64,000 nucleotides of DNA from Tubulanus polymorphus (Eukaryota; Animalia; Nemertea): positions 1,736,072 through 1,800,071 of the forward strand of contig NC_134034.1 in the NCBI RefSeq assembly GCF_964204645.1. The letters are read 5' to 3'. The notes under the pieces are model-generated. The model ran no database searches, was not told where the DNA came from, and was given only the letters and a program-made list of their open reading frames with translations. Positions 1-13,300 of the stretch are shown here, one piece after another. A program made the translations under genes and the position numbers. Each line of letters begins with the position of its first letter. The stretch's first letter is position 1.

Positions 1-801
1 CCTCATTGAAAGCGCACCTGATCATCGGAAAACATATTACCTTATTTTATGAAATTAAAGAGAACGTGTTTATATGAATTGAAACTTTGTATGCATCGGT
101 TGATAATTTTCATTTTCCCTCAGAATTTCAGGGCAACTTGACTCTTCAGGGATGCACACCCTGCACTTCCCCTCCGGTCTGCCATCGCTGATAGCTCTTC
201 CCCCTATTGGTGAAGTTTCTAACTAACCTCATGCATATAAACCTGCTGTGGACTAGCTAGACTGGAGGTATAGCTCGACGACTTGGATGGTGGTTGATTT
301 AAACTCTGACAGCTGTTCGTTAACGGATTGCCGAATTGATCCAATTCTTGTATCTTTAATACTGAACGGTCTTGTATATCTCTGTAATAAACCATCGATA
401 TCACTCTCCGTCACATGTACATGTTATCCATAACATGTACATGTTAACCATAACATGTACATGTTTCTAACACATTTATACGAAAATGTACACATTGCCT
501 TCATGTTTCAATCACATGAAGTTGCGCACACGTTTCTTGTAAAGTTGTAAATGTTTTCCACAAATTTAAATGCTCCCAATTCAATATCTCAATGCGATAG
601 TAGAAACATGTAGATATGATAGAAACATGTAAATGAACATGTACATGTGACAGAAACATGTATAGGAATAATAATAAATGTTTCTATACATGTTTTGGGC
701 ATTTGGCTAAAATTAAAGTAATTTCAAACACCTTTGAAAGAAGTTTTTAAGGAATCAAGGAATCGTAGGGACCCTGTAAAACATGATTCTATCACATTTA
801 A

Positions 802-1289
802 CCCTTTCAGAGCTGACTAATTAATACCCTATAGCGCTGGAGATAATTTGAAAATTTTAAGAAATTCCAACCTAGTGTGTTGAATAACGGGAATACCACT
901 ATAGTGCGTCTACACCGCAGTGCGGTGTATCGTTAGTTACTAGTATTTCACTATGTTTGACAGATGCTGCCATTTTTCAAGAGAGATAACTAATTACATC
1001 AATACACTGCAGTGCGGTGTACTAGCAAAAATCCGTCACTGATTAATGCACCGCACTGCGGTGTAGATGCACTGAAAGGGTTAAGTTACATTGATTGATG
1101 CTTAATAATTATATATAATTAATCTATATATCATTTATTGTCAATAATAATTATATTTCAAGGCGTCTAAATTAAACATTTCACGATAATAAGTAATTAC
1201 TAATTAAATCAATACACCGCAGTGCGGTGGACTAGCAAAATCCTTCACCGATTTATACACCGCACTGCGGTGTAGACGCACTGAAAGGG
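802..1289. mobile_element. piggyBac-type MITE (TTAA|CCCTTTCAG...CTGAAAGGG|TTAA) with a duplicated right end
   Basis: TTAA 798-801, TIR at 802; right TIRs end at 1080 and 1289, each followed by TTAA; internal ACACCGCAGTGCGGTGT palindromes; same left end at ~63977. Confidence 0.7.
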
Positions 1290-1358
1290 TTAAGTATCAC
1301 ATCTAAAATTAAACACGAATTGTGACGCTCAGAATACCGAGCAGCGTTCTCTACGTAC

Positions 1359-4300
1359 CTGACGTGTTCCAGTTCGTAGTAAACGTTGCGTCGTTCGTCC
1401 AGAACGTAGATCTTAACGCGCGGAGAATCGAAATACTGCAACGTCAGTTTCCTCGAGAACGAACGCACGAACAACGCCTTCACCGTGTCGATGTGCGTGA
1501 TCTCGTTCGGCAGTATCGCGCGTTTCGTTTCATCTCGAAATATCAGAAACACGACCCCTTTAGAGAAAATAAACGAAACAATTATCGCAAACGTTATTTC
1601 GGTTTCTCCGATGAAGTTTAGCCGAAATTTCGCGAAAGCGTCAACTGCCGGTTAACTGTTTGTTAACTCCAAATACTGAGATTGTTATCAGCGTGGACCA
1701 GTCACGTTATGAAGCCGGGTATCATTGCCCCTGACTCGGGATCCACACCTTCTGATTCAGCTTGATTTCGGTAGCCGGATTCGGACCGCAGCGCTCTCTA
1801 AATAGAATTCCGGTAGCTGACTGAACAGATGCAGTTTCCGTATACGAGCACATGTGGTTTAAATCCGGTAGCTGAGTCTAGACAGCTGCATTCTCCTAGG
1901 TTAAAATTCAGTAGCTGAATGAACAGGTGCAGTCTCCGTATACGAGCGCATGTAGGCAGTAGACACACACACACAGGTGCAGTAGCTGAATTAAACAGGC
2001 TTTAGTCCAGTAGCTGCGTAGATCTAGACAGGTGTAGTTTCAGTGTACATGTACAAGCAGGCTATCATCCGGTAGCTGCATAGAGACAGGTGCAGTCACT
2101 AGCAGGCTATTATCCGCTAGCTGCATGTGCAGTCACAAACAGGCTGAAATCCAGTAGCTGCGTATAGACAGGTGCACTAGCTTAAATCCAGCAGACAAAA
2201 TGCCGTAGCTGTCATGTAGACAGACAGATGCGATGGCTGAGACAGCGTACACGTTAAATTGCAGGTACGAACGTATTACGCGGACAGACAGACAGACAGA
2301 CAGACAGACAGAACTCAGACTAGTGATACTCTGCTCTACACGACAACGACGACAATATCAACGACCGAGTGAGAGAGTGAGAGAGAGAGTGAGAGCAAGC
2401 CCTCTCTCTCTCTCACTCTCTCTCTCTCACACTCTCTCTCTCAGCAGACACTCACAGTGTCTAACACGATTGACTTGAGAGAGAAATCGTTCATACAGTG
2501 ATTGATGAGTTTAAACACAGTCTCACACTCACTCTCTCATATCAGACATCGATCCATGCAAATTATCAAACATCCACAGATACTCATACTGGATACTGAT
2601 ACATCGCATACTGATACATCGCATACTGATACATCGCATACTGATACATCGCATACTGATATATCGCATACTGATATCTCTGATACTCATACTGGATACT
2701 GATACATCGCATACTGATACATCGCATACTGATACATCGCATACTGATACATCGCATACTGATACATCGCATACTGATATATCTGATACTCATACTGGAT
2801 ACTGATACATCGCATACTGATACATCGCATACTGATACATCGCATACTGATACATCGCATACTGATACATCGCATACTGATACATCGCATACTGATATAT
2901 CTGATACTCATACTGGATACTGATACATCGCATACTGATATATCTGATACTCATACTGGATACTGATATATAGCATACTGATATATCTGATACTGGATAG
3001 TGATACATCTGATACTGATACTGATACATACTAGACTCTTAAAACAGTGCAATGACACAGCACATACAACAGTGTGTCTGAGGCTCTCATCCGGTAGCAA
3101 TACCACAATACAGTGGCACACTATACCACAACTTCACAGGGTGCACCGCGTCTGGTGGAATGGTACAATCATCATACCATGTATGATAGTATTGGTACTA
3201 TAGAGTGGTATACTACATCATAATGTGCCTACTATCAGGCTGTAACATGCTTTAGCAACAACCCACTGGACGCAATCGTAACCTTGCCAAACTTATCATT
3301 TTATATCGATATATCAGATATCAATATCGTGTAATTGATACATCAAGTATCGATATCTTATATTGATATATCAATATCATTTCTCTGATAGTTCAATAAC
3401 GACGAATGAAATGGAATATGCCGGTAGTTATAACGCACATCTATTCTAACCCAGACTATTTCACCATCTATCTCGCACCGGAGTTGAACCGTTAGACTTA
3501 ATTCAATAATAGGACTGACATGAGCTCAGTCTCACGGGGAACCTCTGTCACTGCTGCGGTAATAGAGTATTCAATATGTGGCAGGTGAGGATCCGCCAGG
3601 TGTCGCTAATGAGCAGTAGGACATCAAATACTGCAGCAATAGAGGATTCCACTTGTGGCAAGTGAGGATCCACCAGGTGTCACTAGTGAGCAGTAGGATA
3701 TCAACTACTGCGACAATAGAGGATTCCACTTGTGGCAAGTAAGGATCCACCAGGTGTCACTAGTGAGCAGTAGGATATCAACTACTGCGACAATAGAGGA
3801 TTCCACTTGTGGCAAGTAAGGATCCACCAGGTGTCACTAGTGAGCAGTAGGATATCAACTACTGCGACAATAGAGGATTCCACTTGTGGCAAGTGAGGAT
3901 CAACCAGGTGTCGCTAGTGTGCAGAAGGACATCAAATACTGCCGAAATGGATCCCCCAGGTGTCATTAATGAGCAGTAGGACATCAACTACCGTGGCAAT
4001 AGAGGATTCCATATCTTGTGGCAAGTGAGGATCCACCAGGTGTCGCTAGTAGTGTTCAAGTTACGCTCAATTTCTTCTACATTTGTTAGAAATAGAATAA
4101 TTTTTTGAAAACTCCACCAATCACTGAGCAAAAATAATGAATTTGATGAGCGTTTGGTGACGGGTCCTATAATAATGTGTGGATTCCGGAGCCTAAAAAT
4201 TCAGTTCAAACAATGACCTAATTTTGACTCGTCGCGATTGTCGCGCCATCTGGTGGGATAGCTGGCGTTACTTACCGAGCGGTTTCTCGTTGGTTCTCGA

Positions 4301-7300
4301 CGTCGTTCGAACTACCGGTAAAGTCGAGCGTTCTTTACCGCCGCGAATGAATCCGGCTTCCCTGGCGGCGTCGTCCATATCGTCTTCATACCGGTCGTAC
4401 TGCATGCACTCTCCAGCTGCTCCGGTAGTTCCCGTACCATCAACGCGTGAACTCGCTGTAGCAGGTTTCACCTAAAAAAAAAAAACAAACGTTTCATCGA
4501 TTATTAAATCTCTACGGCGGCCCGGTTCATAGTCGTGACTTCAGACAACAGTTCGTCCTCAATCTTGAGACCAGTCTTAAGTTGTTAGATTGGCTATAAA
4601 ACTAAAAAGAGCTTAAACTGGTCTTAAGTTGTTAGACTGGTCTTAAGTTGTTAGATTGCCTATAAAACCAAAATGAGCTTAGACTGGTCTTAAGTTGTTA
4701 GATAGGCTATGAAACTAGAAGGAGCTTAGACTAGACTTAAGTTGGTAGATTGATTATAGAACCTAAATGAGCTTAGACTGGTCTTTGGCTGTTAGATCAG
4801 TTATAGAACTTAAATGAGCTTAGACTGGTCTTAAGTTGTTAGATTGGCTATAAAACTAAAAAGAGCTTAGACTGGTCTTAAGTTGTTAGATTGGCTATAG
4901 AACCAAAATGAGCTTAGACTGGTCTTAAGTTGTTAGATTGGCTATAGAACTAAAATAAGTTTAGACTGGTATCAAATCTAAGTCATCACTTAACCATTCC
5001 AGGACAGTTAAAAGAAGAACTCACGAGCTACAAACCCGATTAACCCTTTCATATCTACTAACAACATTTACCTGATGGTAGATAGACTCCGTCTGCCCCA
5101 TTTAGGTAGCTTTGTTTCGCCGGTACTAAAACACCAGGCGGCGTGCCCAGCTCGGTAAAGTTAAAACCGGCTTAGAGTAAAAAGGGGCCCTTCGATCCTA
5201 ACATCTTTGATACATTCATTCAGTGGCCCCGGGGCTGGGTTTTATAGATAGATATCAATTAACCGAACCCTCGGGCCATGTTTCGCGAAACTAATTAAGA
5301 TGATTGAATCAGGGAATAAGAATTAAGTAATCATAATTCTATTTTGCCGCAAACGCGACCCGCGTGTACCCATCATTATAATCCATTCCGAAGAAAAAAC
5401 TAATCATTTTTCTAATAATCCTAAGAGATTCGGAAGTTCTGAAAGTCTCGATGTCGCTGATGAGTTTTCGCACTCGAACGGTCGCGAGAATTCGATATAC
5501 GTCATAATCATCGGTTAAACCGCGTCGCACGTCTAGACGCGGAATTAAAAATCCCTTGATGGCCGGAAACAATCCACCGATCAATTATCCCCTCACGTTT
5601 GACACCGTTGGGTACATTCCTGCTGATTCCATCATGCGGCGTCGAGCCGGTATTCCCTGTATACTGTCCTGGCAATGAGCTTCACTGAATTATTCCAAAA
5701 ACAAGAATCTTTTAAACGGTTAAAAATTCACATGCGAATATCTCCTAATAACACAGAGGGAACTAAAATGTGGAACTGGATCCACAGCCAAATTAAACCC
5801 ACACAACTGTGGCACTGGGTTCAGAGTCAAATTAAACCCACACAACTGTGGAACTGGAGTCTGAGTCAAATTCGTCCCACCCAACTTTGGGACGGAGTCC
5901 AGTGACCACTGTTGAACTGGATTCACAGTCAAATTAAACCCTCACAACTGTAGAACTGGATCCAGAGTCCAATTAAACCCACACAACTGCGGAACTGGAT
6001 TCAGCATCAAATTAAACCCACACAACTTTGGAACTGGGTTCAGAGTCAAATTAAACCCACACAACTGTGGAACTGGATTCAGAGCAAAATTAAACCCATA
6101 CGACTGGGACTGGGTTCACATTAAATCCACACAACTGTGGAAATGGATCCAGAGTCGAATTCGTACCACCCAACTGTGAGTCCAGTGACCATTGTGGAAC
6201 TGGATCCAGAATTAAGCACTCAATTGAACAGTAGAATCCAATATAGTGTCACTAGATCCATGAATGAAGATGTACGTACACTCTCTCACTGTTCTCTCCT
6301 CTCTCTCACTGTTCTCTCCTCTCTCTCACTCTCACTCTCTCAAACTATGTAACAACAAGAACCTATAATTATATTAGTTCTCATTATTCAAACGTCACAT
6401 GACATAATAACGTTAACCCTTCAGCGTCCAGCACCGCGAGTACCGAGCACGAGTGTGGCTAAATAGCTAATTGTGTCCCAAGACCGATCTAAAAATAGAC
6501 GATAGACAGGTTAATCTACAATAGTGGGGGATAAACATCTGTGAATGTGAAAACCTTCTCTCTTTGTCAATGACTCCTTGAGATTCGGTAAAATCATTTA
6601 TACTGATCTCATTCTCAATGTCTTCAAAGATTCAGTAAAATTATGATTAGTTACTAATGACGACCTTCTCATTCTCGATGACTTCAAGGATTCATTAAAA
6701 TTATGATTAGTTACTGATGACAACCTTCTCATTCTTGATGATTTCAACGATTCAGTAAAATTATGATTAGTTACTAATGACGACCTTCTCATTCTCGATG
6801 ACTTCAAGGATTCATTAAAATTATGATTAGTTACTGATGACAACCTTCTCATTCTTGATGATTTCAACGATTCAGTAAAATTATGATTAGTTACTAATGA
6901 CGACCTTCTCATTCTCGATGACTTCAAGGATTCATTAAAATTATGATTAGTTACTGATGACAACCTTCTCATTCTCGATGAATTTAAAGATTCAGTAAAA
7001 TTATGATTAGTTACTAATGACGACCTTCTCATTCTCGATGAATTTAAAGATTCAGTAAAATTATGATTAGTTACTAATGACGACCTTCTCATTCTCGATG
7101 ACTTCAAGGATTCAGTAAAATTATGATTAGTAACTAATGACGACCCCATTCTCGATGACTTCAACGATTCAGTAAAATTATGATTAGTTACAAATGACGA
7201 CCTTCTCATTCTCGATGACTTCAACGATTCAGTAAAATTATGATTAGTTACTAATGACGACCTTCTCATTCTCGATGACTTCAACGATTCAGTAAAATTA

Positions 7301-10300
7301 TGATTTGTTACTAATGACGACCTTCTCATTCTCGATGACTTCAACGATTCAGTAAAATTATGATTTGTTACTAATGATGACCTTCTCATTCTCGATGACT
7401 TCAAGGATTAATTAAAATTATGATTAGTTTCACCATGGACTCAAGAGGTTACTCAATCTCAACAACCTTTTAATTCGCGATGACTTCAAAAATTCAGTAA
7501 AATTACGTCTTAAGTCTGAAATAAATAAAGTTTGATCGAGACTAAAGTCTTATCGATTGCGGAGGAAAAAGTCAGCCTCATTATCGGAACATTTAACGCG
7601 ATAAATGACGTCAACGCCGCAAAGCCATTAGTCCATCGTTTAGTGTGAACTGATCCATAAATAAGTCCGGTTTAGTAGTTAATCGTTAAACGGACTGGCG
7701 TGCCGCCGCGTGAAGACACCGACGACTACGGCGTTATTGATCGGCGATAACCTTGAGAACGGCTCAGCGCGTGTTAGTCACCTGCCACAGACGCCTTCAT
7801 AGAATAATAACACTACTGTTTATAACATCGAACAGACGGACTGACCACTGACTGACACATGGACTAAAACTGATAACAGGACTAAAACTGACACATGGAC
7901 TAAAACTGATAACAGGACTAAAACTGATAACAGGACTAAAACTGAAAACATGGACTAAAACTGAAAACAAGACTAAAACTGACACATGGACTAAAACTGA
8001 CACATGGACTAAAACTGACACATGGACTAAAACTGACACATGGACTAAAACTGAAAACATGGACTAAAACTGAAAACATGGACTAAAACTGAAAACAAGA
8101 CTAAAACTGACACATGGACTAAAACTGACACATGGACTAAAACTGACACATGGACTAAAACTGACACATGGACTAAAACTGACACATGGACTAAAACTGA
8201 CACATGGACTAAAACTGATACATGGACTAAAACTGACACAATGACTAAAACTGACACATGGACTAAAACTGACACATGGACTAAAACTGACACATGGACT
8301 AAAACTGACACATGGACTAAAACTGACACATGGACTAAAACTGACACATGGACTAAAACTGACACATGGACTAAAACTGACACATGGACTAAAACTGACA
8401 CATGGACTAAAACTGATACATGGACTAAAACTGACACAATGACTAAAACTGACACATGGACTAAAACTGACACATGGACTAAAACTGACACATGGACTAA
8501 AACTGACACATGGACTAAAACTGACACATGGACTAAAACTGACACATGGACTAAAACTGACACATGGACTAAAACTGACACATGGACTAAAACTGACACA
8601 ATGACTAAAACTGACACATGGACTAAAACTGACACAAGGACTAAAACTGACACATGGACTAAAACTGACACATGGACTAAAACTGATACATGGACTAAAA
8701 CTGACACAATGACTAAAACTGACACATGGACTAAAACTGACACATGGACTAAAACTGACACATGGACTAAAACTGACACATGGACTAAAACTGACACAAG
8801 GACTAAAACTGATAAATGACTAAAACTTACAGGCGACCTTAAACATAGTAGTCGGTACTGCACAAAATAATTCAGTAAATAATTGACTGTATACAAATAA
8901 TTAACCGGGCAATCGAAAATAATTTCAGCAATTATCATCAACATTTATATATATACAAAATAATTGATCAGGCCCGGTTTTCAGCGACGTGTGCCTCGTA
9001 CGGCGCGTGTGCCTCTCACGTGCGTTCGTCGGTTTCTATAATTACACCCCAGTAAATTATCGTAAATTTTCGCTCTACGTTTTGACCTACAAGTACCGAT
9101 GCTTGATTACAGTAAAATCACAACAGAAAAATAACGGCGACGATCGACGAGAACGGAGTTGAGCACAGGGCAATGGGGCTGAGAGGGGTCAGGCATCTAG
9201 ACAGTGTCCAGTTTAAACCACGGGCCGGTTCCATAGTCGAGACTTAAGACCAAAAGTGGTCTTTGATCTTAAGACTCATCTTAGGTTGTTAGATAAGTTG
9301 GTCTCAGACTAGTCTTAAGTCTAAGCCATGACTATGAAACCGACCCCAGTAGTCAAGACTCAAGTCTAAAAGTAGTCTTAAGTTGTTAGAATTAGATCGG
9401 CATTATTAGAGCTATGCTAGTCGGCCTCTAGGGGTGAGGGGGCTAGGAGCAGTTCCTAGACAATGTCAAGGGGGGAAGGTAGGTGGGAGGCACAGACGGA
9501 TCGCAAGTTCAGGCAGACAGATCTCAGATTTGGGCAGACTGGTCTCAGATTCGGGCAGACGGGTCTCAGATTTCGGCAGACAGATCTCACATTCGGGCAG
9601 ACGGGTCTCAGATTTCGGGCAGACGAGGCTCAAATTCAGACGGACTGATCGGATTCAGACGGACTGATCCGCGATTCTGGTTGCCGTCTAATCTGATAAA
9701 TGTCTTCACGACCGCAACAACGAGGCCATTAGTTCCCGCCATTAGCGTGCGTAACCATGGTGATAAGAATAGACCGAGATTACACGGGAAATTCGGGGAT
9801 TTTACGACGATCAAATCTAAACGAACAACATTCGGAATACAAAAAAAGAAACTGCAGAACACACAGTTCATTCATACACTGAGAATATCCATATTATTGT
9901 TAACTTATCAAAGTTATCCCCGGGGTCTGGTTTTAAACACAGAGTATCAACGTTATCCCTAGGGATAGATCTTCAACCTGGGCGGGGTTTAATAGACCGT
10001 GTTCAAAGTTATGCCAAGGGATAAATGCATTACCCGGGCCTGGTTTTATAGACTGGGTATCAAAGCCATCCCTAGGGATAAATCCTTAGCCTGAGCCTGG
10101 GTTTATAAACTTGATATCAAAGTTATCCCTAGGGATAAATGCATTACCTGGGCCTGGTTTTATAGACTGGGTATCAAAGCCATCCCTAGGGATAAATCCT
10201 TAGCCTGAGCCTGGGTTTATAAACTTGATATCAAAGTTATCCCTAGGGATAAATGCATTACCTGGGCCTGGTTTTATAGACCGGGTATCAAAGCCATCCC

Positions 10301-13300
10301 TAGGGATAAATCCTTAGCCTGAGCCTGGGTTTATAAACTTGATATCAAAGTTATCCCAAGGGACAAATCCTTAACCCGGGCCTGGTTTTATAGACCGGGT
10401 ATCAAAGCCATCCCTAGGAATAAATCCTTAGCCTGAGCCTGGGTTTATAAACTTGATATCAAAGTTATCCCAAGGGACAAATCCTTAACCTGGGCCTGGT
10501 TTTATGGACCGGGTATCAAAGTTATCCCTAGGGATAAATGCATTACCCGGGCCTGGTTTTATAGACTGGGTATCAAAGTTATCCCTAGGGGTAAATCCTT
10601 AACCTGGACCTGGTTTTATAGACCGGGTATCAAAGCCATCCCTAGGGATAAATGCATTACCTGGGCCTGGTTTTAAAGACAGAGTATCAATGTTATCCCT
10701 AGATAGATCTTCAACCTAGGCAAGGTTTTATAGACTGGGTATCAAAGTTAAGGCTTAATAGTTACCTAAAGGGTAAATCTCATACCTATAACCTAAGCCT
10801 GGAATTTACCAGAAATGAACTATTTTGACTGTTAAAGTTGCATTTTACAAAGAAACTAACCACTGGGAACCCGGTATACTAGGACCTCAGTACTGGGACC
10901 TCATAACTGGGACCTCATTACTGGGACCTCATAACTGGGACCTCATTACTAGAACCTCAGCACTAGGACCTCAGTACTGTCACGGTATAGTAGAATCTGA
11001 TGTTTAAACGGTAGTTTAAGTATCTTTGCACTGGACAAACTATAATCGCGAGCAGCGGTTTATTGGAAACTGGGTGAATTTACGATCAACACGAGAATAA
11101 TTCCAACCGTAATAAAACCTTTCATGATATGAATATACGATAGTGTAATATAGCAATAACATTTCACATTCAACCCATACTAACTATAATCATCGGATAT
11201 AGGCCTATACAATGAATTATTGGTGGTTTAGAGTCAACTAAAACCCACACAACTGTGGAACTGGGTTCAGAGTCAAATGAAACCCACACAACTGTGGAAC
11301 TGGATTCAGAGTCAAATTAAACCCACACAACTGTGGAACTGGATTCAGAGTCAAATTAAACCCACACAACTGTGGAACTGGGTCCACAGTCAAATTAAAT
11401 GCACATAACTGTGGAACTGGATTCAGTCATAAACCCCGCCCCACACACACAACTGTGGAACTGGGTTCGGAGACAAATTAAATTCACACAACTGTGGAAC
11501 TGGGTTTACAGTCAAATTAAATCCACAGAACTGTGGAACTGGGTCTAGAGTCAAATTAAACCCACAGAACTGTGGAACTGGGTCCACAGTCAAATTAAAT
11601 CCACACAACTGCCGAACTGGATCTAGAGTCAAATTAAACCCACACAACTGTGGAACTGGGTTCAGAGAAAAATTAAACCCACACAACTGGGAACTGGGTT
11701 CACAGACAAATCCACACAACTGTGGAATCTGGTGTGGATGCTACTGTATCATGTAACACTGATGACAGATACTCACATAACAAACAGCGTCGGCGTCGTC
11801 GATACTGAACTCGACATTCTGTTTATTCTAATTCCATGATCGGTCGCGGCGTTAAAATCCAGCGTGAAAACCGATGCGTTTATCGAGTAGGAGACTATAG
11901 AAGGAGGAACCGATGAGGAGCAGTCCAGGCAGCAGCAGCAGTAGTAACAACGTGTTCACTGCAACATCGAATAAATCAATAGAATGCTACATTACACACA
12001 GCAGCAGCAGCAGCAGACGACAGTGTCACCAGTACAGTACACTATACAGCATGATGAGTAACATCTCAAACCACTACTGGACACTGCTGACACTCTACAC
12101 AAACCAGTTCATTTTCGATGTTTTGACTCCGGCGTCTTAATTGCAAGCCCGGTTTTAGGGACTGGTATTACCTTTAACCCATAGGCTAACTGAATTCATT
12201 ATTAATTGAGTTAGCCACCGAGTTAAAGGTAATACCAGTCTATAAAACCGGGCCCAGCAACTGTGGAACTGGATCCTGGGCGCGGTTTTACGGACTGGTA
12301 TTACCTTTAACCCGGAGGCTAACTCAATTCATTTTCAATTGAGTTAGCCCCCGGGTTAAAGGTAATACCAGTCAGTAAAGACCGGCGGCAGTAGAACTGC
12401 GGAATTGTATCCATAACTGTGGAACTGAGTCCAAACTGTGGAACTGGTTCAAGAACTGTCGAACTGAGTCCATAACTGTGGATCTGAGTACTGAACTGTG
12501 GAACTGGTTCAAGAACTGTGGAACTGAGTCCATAAATGTGGATCTGAGTACTGAACTGTGGAACTGGTTCAAGAACTGTGGAACTGAGTCCATAAATGTG
12601 GATCTGAGTACTGAACTGTCGAACTGGTTCAAGAACTGTGGAACTGAGTCCATAAATGTGGATCTGAGTACTGAACTGTGGAACTGGTTCAAGAACTGTG
12701 GAACTGAGTCCATAAATGTGGATCTGAGTACTGAACTGTGGAACTGGGTCCAGAACTGTGAAACTGGGGCCACGGAGCCGGCACAGATGATGTTGGACAC
12801 CCTGAGCACACCAGGGCACAGGTTATTCACAGAACCCAGACCTGTCCCCAGACACTGGACTTGACCCTCTGAGAGCCGAACACAGGATCCAGACCAGTCC
12901 GGCTCCAAGTTTAACTCATTTACTGAGACCAGGACCGAGATACAAGGACCGAGAGTCAGGGTTTAAACCGGGCTATAACACCACGCATAATTTCACAGGC
13001 TGTGATGGAATTTACGGATTGTTATGCGATGTAACACCAGCTGCGGCGAGTGAGTACACGAGGTAGTCACAGTTCATTCATGACATTAATTCTGTTGCCA
13101 CGGTAACCGCTGATTCATTGTGTCTCCACGCGTACACGGCCGACTGGTTTACGGAGATCACGTCTAAAATGATCTAGATTATTGGGGAGATATACAGAGG
13201 TGTGGAAAGGGAGGTGACAGGGAGGTAGAATAGAGGAGGGAGGTCAAAGGGTTAAGAGGTAAAGCCAGGGAGGTTGGGGATTATGAGGTATAAGAGGTGA

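Noticed and set aside
2502-3029. ISMRC/YQYAM repeat ORFs
   Set aside because: 15-bp minisatellite that is open in several frames.
6598-8944. Long repetitive ORFs (SSLVTNHNFTESLK.., VSVLVH.., TKTDTW..)
   Set aside because: Artefacts of stop-free 60-bp and 18-bp minisatellites within an intron.
12319-12908. Three overlapping 128-178 aa ORFs
   Set aside because: They come from a 60-bp tandem repeat and a MITE.
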